Shown: positions 37,255 to 43,088 of the stretch, one piece after another | How the letters are laid out: each line of letters starts with the position of its first letter | Numbering within the stretch: position 1 is the first letter of the stretch | Program-made: the position numbers and the translations under genes | Origin: Ferruginibacter sp. | Lineage (GTDB): Bacteria > Bacteroidota > Bacteroidia > Chitinophagales > Chitinophagaceae | NCBI GenBank assembly: GCA_035318685.1 | Contig: DATHEH010000217.1 | Span: 1-43,088, forward strand | Length of the DNA: 43,088 nucleotides | Direction of reading: 5' to 3' | Notes under the pieces: model-generated | What the model saw: only the letters and a program-made list of their open reading frames with translations | What the model was told of the DNA's origin: nothing | Databases searched by the model: none

Positions 37255-38920
37255 GTTTTACGGGTTCAAGCGGAAAGCAGATCGTGATCGACGCCCCGCC
37301 CTTCTCGCTTTTTCCAAAAATAACTTCTCCGTTCAATGATTTAATACGGTTAACCGTATTCTTCAAGCCATTTCCAAATTCAACGTGGGAAGAGAAGCCT
37401 GTACCATTGTCGCTATAATAAAGGAAGGCCTTATTATCTTTCCGGGCAAACCTTATCACCACACTTTTGGCGTCACTATGTTTTTTCATATTTACCATCA
37501 TCTCACTAAGGATCAATAACAGTTCATTTCTCTGATGCATGGTAACCTGGTCCCAGAATGTTTGCTGGTTCCCCACCACGAACACTTCGGTGCGATCATT
37601 TGTAAAATCGTTCAAGAGGTCATGGATCTGGTTATCGTAATGCGGGCTGTCATCGGTTGAGATCTCTTCGTAAGATATATTCCGTGATCTTTCATACATC
37701 CCTTCGATCCTTGTCATTAGTGGTTCCCTGTCGATGGCTTTGCCGTGCTCCAGTTCATTCATAATCCTGTACAACCCGTTTGCTACAACATCGTGCACTT
37801 TTTGAGAGGTCTTAAGCTTAGCGTCCCTTATCTCATTTTCAGCATCCTGCTTGATCTTCCTTCTGCGTTTGGCATACCAGGCCCACAGCAGGATAATGAT
37901 CCCGATGGCAAGTAAAGCCACGCCATAGATCAATACCCGTTGCTTTGTAATATGTTCCTGTAATGCAAGGTTGTCGGCCTTGCTTTTCTGAGCATCGTAT
38001 CTTATGAGTGCGAACCGGTTCACCGTTGTATCCCTTGATAACTGAAGACTGTCGTCAAGTCTTTTGTATTCCTCGTACCAATACGTTTTTAAAGAGGAAG
38101 CGCTGTTCAACCTGATCAGTTTATCGATGGCTTCGAGAATATCACTAGGGCTTTGGTTCTCTATCGCTTTTTCCCGCATTTTTTGTGCATACCATAATGC
38201 TGAATCAGGATTTTCTTTTGCATAATAGTCGGACAGATGAGCATAGCTGGCGTTCAATCCCAAATTATTATTACTGTCGGTCCTTATTTTTAATGCTTCC
38301 CAGAATTCTGGCAAAGCAGGATAGCCGGGATTCTGGAGCCATTTTGTTTTGGCCCTGTTATCGATTATCCTGGCAACAAGCTGTTTGTCGGCTGGCTTCA
38401 AAGCGAATGTTGAATCATAAACAGCAATGGCATCATTATAGCTTCCCTTCTTTTGAAATGCTGTCGCCTTACTATTCATTATTTCAAGCAGGTAACCTGA
38501 CCCTGTAAAAGCAGGTATCGCGTTATTATAAAAATTGATGGCCTCATCGTACAGCTTTAAGTCCAGGCTCACATTCCCTAATATGCTGTATGTATATCCA
38601 ATATCCTCGCGATGCTTTTCATTGAGCGGGTCCAGGGTACGAATAGCGCCGGCAAGGCTTTCCTGGGCACCATACAGGTCACCAATATTCCACTGCATTT
38701 CGCCCATATACCGGTATGCTTTGCCTTTTTTAAGGGTATCATCCGGGTTATTAATATAGCGGTTGAACATCAGGAAGGCAGAATCCAACTGTCCATAATA
38801 CATCAGTCTATAGCCACGCTCATAATCCGTGTATTTGCTTTTACTGCTTTGCGACCTGGTGCTTAAGCTCAAAAGCACAATAAAACATGCTGTTAAGAAT
38901 AAGTGATTTGATGATTTCAA
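37244..38920 (-). CDS. TPR-containing membrane sensor histidine kinase (HisKA_3/NarX-like)
   Basis: TTG start; signal peptide; extracytoplasmic TPR-like helices; one TM; 'KVHDVVAN', 'EMMVNMKKHS', 'DNGTG', 'GNGLKN'. Confidence 0.9.
   Translation of the reverse strand: MKSSNHLFLTACFIVLLSLSTRSQSSKSKYTDYERGYRLMYYGQLDSAFLMFNRYINNPDDTLKKGKAYRYMGEMQWNIGDLYGAQESLAGAIRTLDPLNEKHREDIGYTYSILGNVSLDLKLYDEAINFYNNAIPAFTGSGYLLEIMNSKATAFQKKGSYNDAIAVYDSTFALKPADKQLVARIIDNRAKTKWLQNPGYPALPEFWEALKIRTDSNNNLGLNASYAHLSDYYAKENPDSALWYAQKMREKAIENQSPSDILEAIDKLIRLNSASSLKTYWYEEYKRLDDSLQLSRDTTVNRFALIRYDAQKSKADNLALQEHITKQRVLIYGVALLAIGIIILLWAWYAKRRRKIKQDAENEIRDAKLKTSQKVHDVVANGLYRIMNELEHGKAIDREPLMTRIEGMYERSRNISYEEISTDDSPHYDNQIHDLLNDFTNDRTEVFVVGNQQTFWDQVTMHQRNELLLILSEMMVNMKKHSDAKSVVIRFARKDNKAFLYYSDNGTGFSSHVEFGNGLKNTVNRIKSLNGEVIFGKSEKGGASITICFPLEPVKHDR
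37315..37360 (-). promoter_or_regulatory. Internal promoter/operator inside the kinase CDS, upstream of the regulator gene
   Basis: TATTTTTG (minus, 37315-37322), 21-bp gap, perfect 18-bp palindrome AATACGGTTAACCGTATT (37343-37360; aligned 16-mer starts at 37344). Confidence 0.7.
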
Positions 38921-38942
38921 GAAATCCGGTTTTTCTAAATAT

Positions 38943-38974
38943 AAAAAAAAGGCAGGGATTATTCTGCCTTTTTT
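38943..38974 (-). terminator. Intrinsic terminator (potentially bidirectional) between the peptide and kinase genes
   Basis: A8-GGCAG-n8-CTGCC-T6, 9 bp after the peptide stop codon. Confidence 0.8.
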
Positions 38975-38983
38975 ACAATTGAA

Positions 38984-39163
38984 TTAACCCGCGGGTGGTG
39001 GCGGAGGTGGCGGAGGTTTGGGCGTACCCCCGGTTTCGCCGCCGGTGTCTGAGTCAGGAGTAGGGGTAGTTGTATGTATCAGGGTACAGCTACCATGATT
39101 GTTGGTTGTATGGCCTGGGTTTGGGCAAAAGAATGACGCAAACCAGATAATGATGCTTATCAT
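38984..39163 (-). CDS. Unannotated 59-aa exported-type Pro-rich peptide (candidate signal precursor)
   Basis: Translated by hand: MISIIIWFASFFCPNPGHTTNNHGSCTLIHTTTPTPDSDTGGETGGTPKPPPPPPPPAG*. AT-rich leader, own -7 box and terminator; shorter than the ORF-track cutoff. Confidence 0.8.
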   Translation of the reverse strand: MISIIIWFASFFCPNPGHTTNNHGSCTLIHTTTPTPDSDTGGETGGTPKPPPPPPPPAG

Positions 39164-39366
39164 TGTTTGATTATTTAAATTGTTAGAAAAATTGCCCGTG
39201 CCGGGTAGCGAACCTGGCCGAGACTGGTTTGTAAGAAGCGCTTCTTACCTTGGGAAGGAAGAGCGTTGATCGCAGTTTGGTCAGCAACTTCCCATGCTGA
39301 CTAACCTCGCTGCGATCTTTGCTCTCAGCAGATCTGTTGGTTTGATTTTGACTTACCAAATGATCA
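39164..39366 (-). other. Putative structured 5' leader (about 200 nt) of the peptide gene
   Basis: -7 box TATGTTTG at 39372-39379 (minus); nested stems 39268-39317, palindrome 39231-39248, hairpin 39200-39218. Confidence 0.5.
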
Positions 39367-39436
39367 TGATGCAAACATATGATCGGTTAAGAGCCTGATC
39401 AGCAAACGATTCCGATAATTCCAATCATTCCAATCA

Positions 39437-39481
39437 TTCCGGTTAACCGTAATTTGGTTTTCCAATTATGCAATAATTTTC
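39437..39481 (+). promoter_or_regulatory. Palindromic operator plus -7-like box for the 39536 gene
   Basis: TTCCGGTTAACCGTAA (39437-39452), 21-bp gap, TAATTTTC (39474-39481, one mismatch to TAnnTTTG). Confidence 0.6.
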
Positions 39482-39535
39482 GCCGGTTATCCGGATAATT
39501 CCGGCTATTGTTTATCTTGTTTGATATACTAAAAG

Positions 39536-40519
39536 ATGCCGTTGCTGTTTGTAGACTATACCAATTTGATATTAAAAGAGTATGAAGCAAGAAGGGAAGC
39601 CAACAGGCTTTCTCGTTTACAGCATCCAACTACAGTTAATATCAGGCAGGAATGCCTTAACGTTTATAATGAAAAGGTCAGAACAGAAAAGCCGCTTGAA
39701 GAAAACACCTTACGTGCTTTTTTTGGTGTATCCCCCACTGAAAATGATTTTGCTGAAATCATAATAAATTACCCAGCAGATAAATTCAGACCACTTCAAA
39801 ATTTTATCAAAGGAGAAATAAAAAACCCGGCCTTGCCTACGGTGGAGTTGCTAGCCTGGTTGATCGATTTTAAGCCCAGACCCTTAGCATATGCACAAAG
39901 GATACTAGCTAATGGAGGCCAATATGAAGATACGTTAGACTCTAAAGGGCAACAGGTAAAAACTGAATGCTCTGATGAAGTCATTATAGTCCCGGAAGAT
40001 CTGTTAGGGGATGTGAGAAAAATTGGGATCTCTTATGAAGAATCTAATAAACAAAGCACGAATCCAAAGATCAACTTTGTTACTGTGATCGGTGTGACCA
40101 TCGCAATTCTTTGTGGAATGGTATCTGTTTTCAGTCAGTATACAAGATCAGAAAAAGATGTCTATGAAACCACGAATAGCGGCTGCATGCAATGGGTAGA
40201 TGATCATTTTGAAAGGGTATCTTGTGATGAACAACGGAACGGAACTCCCGTACTACCGATGAATGAAAAAAAGGTAAAGAATTTTAGAATGATCACAAGG
40301 CAAGACACGATGACGAAGTGGTCGATCGGGAAAGCTTATTATATAAAAGATAAGGGAACAATTAAGTATTACACAGAAGCTGGCAACTATCCTGAGGACC
40401 TTAACCGGCCTTTAAAAGTACTTTCATCTTATATGTTCGATAAATACTTGCGTAAAAAGGAAACTGAAGGCAACGACTCTTTAACTGAGCAAAACATGAA
40501 GCTCACAGGTAACAAATAA
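39536..40519 (+). CDS. Single-TM hypothetical protein divergent from the peptide/two-component locus
   Basis: Soluble N-domain ('DKFRPL.NF...VELLAWLIDF.PRP'), one TM, C-domain with 'CMQW...C'. Confidence 0.8.
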   Translation: MPLLFVDYTNLILKEYEARREANRLSRLQHPTTVNIRQECLNVYNEKVRTEKPLEENTLRAFFGVSPTENDFAEIIINYPADKFRPLQNFIKGEIKNPALPTVELLAWLIDFKPRPLAYAQRILANGGQYEDTLDSKGQQVKTECSDEVIIVPEDLLGDVRKIGISYEESNKQSTNPKINFVTVIGVTIAILCGMVSVFSQYTRSEKDVYETTNSGCMQWVDDHFERVSCDEQRNGTPVLPMNEKKVKNFRMITRQDTMTKWSIGKAYYIKDKGTIKYYTEAGNYPEDLNRPLKVLSSYMFDKYLRKKETEGNDSLTEQNMKLTGNK

Positions 40520-40529
40520 ACGAACTGCT

Positions 40530-40829
40530 ATGAAGGTCATTTCAATTTTATTCTTGTCTTTGATACTCTGTTCCTGTTACAATAACGAAAACAGATCGGA
40601 AAAAATAGATGAACTGAACCGGCGTATTACCCGACTTGAGCAACGAATTGATTCCTTATTGGGTATACAAAATAATGGATCAAGTGGATTGGATATTAAG
40701 AGTAAAGACAATTCCGGTTCTTACGGTAATACCGCGGTAAGTGGTCGTTGCCAGTCCATCACTAAAAAAGGTTCGCAATGCAGAAGAAAAGCAAAAGCTA
40801 ATGGCCATTGCTGGCAGCATGGTGGGTAA
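40530..40829 (+). CDS. Small lipoprotein with coiled coil and C-terminal CCCH motif (DUF5763-like)
   Basis: Lipobox LCSC; 'RCQSITKKGSQC......GHCWQH'. Confidence 0.8.
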   Translation: MKVISILFLSLILCSCYNNENRSEKIDELNRRITRLEQRIDSLLGIQNNGSSGLDIKSKDNSGSYGNTAVSGRCQSITKKGSQCRRKAKANGHCWQHGG

Positions 40830-40928
40830 CGCAATATGCTTTAAATCATTTTTCTTTAAGTTCGAAAACAGAGAGCGAGAAAATTTTGTCTGATTAATTT
40901 AAGAACTTCAACCCAAATAATTATCAAT

Positions 40929-41282
40929 ATGTTCGCATTGAGTCATAAGCATCTTTTTTTACTTCTTATCTGGTTAATGCCGGCCTTACTAAAAGCACAA
41001 ACAGTTTATAAAACACCCTCGGGGAAAAAATATCATTTAGCTTCCTGTAGAATGGTAAAGAATGTTTCAGAGGAAATTACCATTGAAAAAGCTGTTGACA
41101 TTGGCTTGGAGCCCTGCAAGATCTGTAGTCCACCTGTCTCTTACGGATCAACAACCAAAACCAAAAAACCACAGGGCCAAAATACTACTGTACGATGCGA
41201 GGGTTTAACCAAAGCCGGAACCCGCTGTAAGCATATGACACGTATAGCAAATGGATATTGCTATCAACATCAGCCTGAGTAA
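40929..41282 (+). CDS. Exported Cys/His-rich protein (Ada-metal-binding-like plus DUF5763-like motifs)
   Basis: 'VYKTPSGKKYH...C...PCKIC' and 'C...TKAGTRC......GYCYQH'. Confidence 0.8.
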   Translation: MFALSHKHLFLLLIWLMPALLKAQTVYKTPSGKKYHLASCRMVKNVSEEITIEKAVDIGLEPCKICSPPVSYGSTTKTKKPQGQNTTVRCEGLTKAGTRCKHMTRIANGYCYQHQPE

Positions 41283-41294
41283 TTTTAAAGCCAT

Positions 41295-42086
41295 ATGACC
41301 CTCAAAAGAAAGATCCATGAAATTTTAGATCCAACAGAAGGCGGAAGTTTACCGGACAGAATCGTAAATAGCTTCCTGGTTATACTTATCCTATTAAACA
41401 CTGTTGCAGTCATTCTGGAAACCGTAGAAAATATTTATCTACCGCATAAAAATCTTTTTAAAGCTTTTGAAATTTTTTCTGTCATCGCTTTTTCAATTGA
41501 GTACTGCCTAAGAATTTGGACATGCACTGAAATCGAAAGATACAGGCATCCTGTTACCGGAAGGATTAAATACATGGTAAGTACTAGTGCCATAATTGAT
41601 TTACTGGCAATTCTACCTTTTTATTTACCCTTATTTGCTAGTTATGATCTGCGGTTTATCAGGATATTTCGTTTACTTAGATTCTTCAGGTTTTTTAAGC
41701 TGGCAAAGTATCTGAATGCATCACAAATGATAAGAAACGTTTTTACGACAAAAAAAGAAGAGCTGGTCCTGAGTTTTGTCATTACATTGTTCCTAATCAT
41801 ATTTGCTTCCAGTGTCATGTACTATACTGAACATGATGCACAACCTGAAAAGTTTTCAAGTATCCCAGAAACCATGTGGTGGAGTGTTGCGACTTTAACC
41901 ACAGTAGGTTACGGTGACACATATCCAATTACCGGGCTCGGGAAATTTTTAACAGCCTGCATTTCAATATTAGGAATTGGCATGTTCGCTCTGCCTGCAG
42001 GGATTTTAGCGTCGGGATTTTCAGATGAATTTAAAAAGCTGAAAAAAGAAAAAAATATTTGCCCGCATTGTAATAAGGAAATATAA
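41295..42086 (+). CDS. 6-TM voltage-gated-type potassium channel
   Basis: Selectivity filter TVGYGD; Arg-rich S4 'RFIRIFRLLRFFRFFK'; C-terminal CPHC. Confidence 0.93.
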   Translation: MTLKRKIHEILDPTEGGSLPDRIVNSFLVILILLNTVAVILETVENIYLPHKNLFKAFEIFSVIAFSIEYCLRIWTCTEIERYRHPVTGRIKYMVSTSAIIDLLAILPFYLPLFASYDLRFIRIFRLLRFFRFFKLAKYLNASQMIRNVFTTKKEELVLSFVITLFLIIFASSVMYYTEHDAQPEKFSSIPETMWWSVATLTTVGYGDTYPITGLGKFLTACISILGIGMFALPAGILASGFSDEFKKLKKEKNICPHCNKEI

Positions 42087-42281
42087 TGATTTCACTGGTA
42101 CAGTGAACCCGTCCGCTGACAGGTTAAGAAAATTTAAAAATTAAATCTGAAAATTCCGTAATGCAGTAATGCTGATAATGGATCCGGTTTAAGTATAGCT
42201 GTAATTCAGAAGCAGATGGAAATATAATTAGTTATATTTAATGGAAACCTCATTCAAGCTTTTGGCGATGCTTGATATCTT

Positions 42282-42415
42282 TTCCCAGCAAAGTCTATCA
42301 ATGAGCCTTGCAGTTTTAGCTGAGGATGTTGTGTATTTGAACAAATTCTCTTATTCTTGTTTCCCAGCAACGTCTCTCAACGAGCCTTGTAGTTTAGCCT
42401 GGGACGTTGCGTCTT
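42282..42415. repeat. Two diverged direct repeats of about 55 bp, 79 bp apart
   Basis: TTCCCAGCAA.GTCT.TCAA.GAGCCTTG.AGTTT... begins at 42282 and 42361. Confidence 0.75.
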
Positions 42416-42527
42416 CAAGGCAGTTGGTTCCAGCAAGAGCAGGTAAAAGTTATTAATATGTACCTGGTGAATAGGCCTGGTCTTCTTTAGGGCTTAAGCT
42501 TTTGAAACTTAAATTCTATATTTACCC

Positions 42528-42989
42528 ATGCAAAAGATCCTGTACGTGGATATGGATAATGTGCTGGTGGATTTCAAAACCGGTATAGACAAGCTGGATG
42601 AAAACTTAAAACTTCAATACGCAGATCGCCTGGATGAGACGCCTGGCATTTTTGGCTTAATGGATCCCATACCTGATGCTATTGATGCATACCAGGAGTT
42701 GAGCAGATCTTTCAACACCTATATTCTCTCCACCTCGCCCTGGAATAACCCCTCGGCCTGGCATGATAAGATAGTCTGGGTGCAAAAACATTTGGGTGCT
42801 GAAGCGCACGGCCCGGCATATAAAAGGCTGATCCTGTCTCACCACAAAAATCTTAACCATGGAGATTTCCTGGTTGACGACAGGGAAAAGAACGGGGCAG
42901 ACCGGTTTACCGGTGAGCTTATCTTATTTGGCTCAACAAAATTTCCGGACTGGAAAACAGTAAAAGGCTATTTGCTGGATAGAAAATAA
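42528..42989 (+). CDS. NT5C-like 5'(3')-deoxyribonucleotidase (HAD)
   Basis: 'YVDMDNVLVDF', 'ILST', 'K..W', 'GDFLVDDR'. Confidence 0.88.
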   Translation: MQKILYVDMDNVLVDFKTGIDKLDENLKLQYADRLDETPGIFGLMDPIPDAIDAYQELSRSFNTYILSTSPWNNPSAWHDKIVWVQKHLGAEAHGPAYKRLILSHHKNLNHGDFLVDDREKNGADRFTGELILFGSTKFPDWKTVKGYLLDRK

Positions 42990-43088
42990 ATGACCATTTG
43001 AACTTTAAGTGGTTATATAATAAGCTGCCGATGTGTGCGATCTCCGATAAATTGAAATTATGTACCTGTGTTACAGGTGCAGGTAACC

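Noticed and set aside
39183-39629. ORF-track calls 39183-39374 and 39399-39629 as genes
   Set aside because: They overlap predicted promoter, leader and repeat sequence; 'MIGMIGIIG' is the translated 9-bp repeat.
40721-40740. TTACGGTAATACCG.. as an operator
   Set aside because: Half-site spacing is off by one and it lies within a CDS without a clear matching promoter.
42146-42161. Fifth operator site (..TTCCGTAA)
   Set aside because: Only a half-site, with no -7 box 21 bp downstream.
42241-42456. 71-aa ORF
   Set aside because: No recognisable features and it spans an out-of-frame DNA repeat.
272-42860. Many short antisense or nested ORFs in the track
   Set aside because: They are shadows of longer, motif-supported CDSs.
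10629-43088. Defined ICE or prophage with att sites
   Set aside because: Cargo looks accessory, but I found no integrase, tRNA, conjugation or phage genes, or flanking att repeats.
43061-43088. Short inverted repeat at the window end
   Set aside because: Cut off by the window edge; too little context to interpret.

Overview
Bacteroidota (probably Chitinophagaceae-like) DNA, judged by the gene families and TAnnTTTG promoter boxes. 1-10.6 kb holds an outer-membrane beta-barrel gene, a heptamer array with REP-like elements, a soluble two-component pair, a membrane-anchored wHTH regulator divergent from an S41 peptidase, and a Fic gene. 10.8-22.1 kb is a defence island: rmuC, type I R-M hsdM/S/R, AbiH-family, RhuM-family and GxxExxY genes, plus a duplicated hsdR 5' end. 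22.8-36.4 kb is a 13-gene minus-strand operon: HsdR_N-like nuclease, vWA-like lipoprotein, tubulin/FtsZ-like GTPase, giant actin/Hsp70-fold protein, Pro-rich NfeD-like protein, two TerD, OmpA, TerC and a thermonuclease. 36.6-39.4 kb holds a response regulator, a TPR sensor kinase and an unannotated 59-aa Pro-rich peptide gene with a structured leader. 39.5-43 kb encodes membrane and small Cys-rich proteins, a K+ channel and an NT5C-like phosphatase. The strongest signal is a TTACGGnnnnCCGTAA-type palindrome lying exactly 21 bp from a -7 box at four promoters, one inside the kinase CDS. I infer a peptide/TPR-kinase (quorum-like) circuit controlling the tubulin-actin-Ter operon. No tRNA, rRNA, integrase or CRISPR array was seen. 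All family calls come from motif recognition, not database searches.
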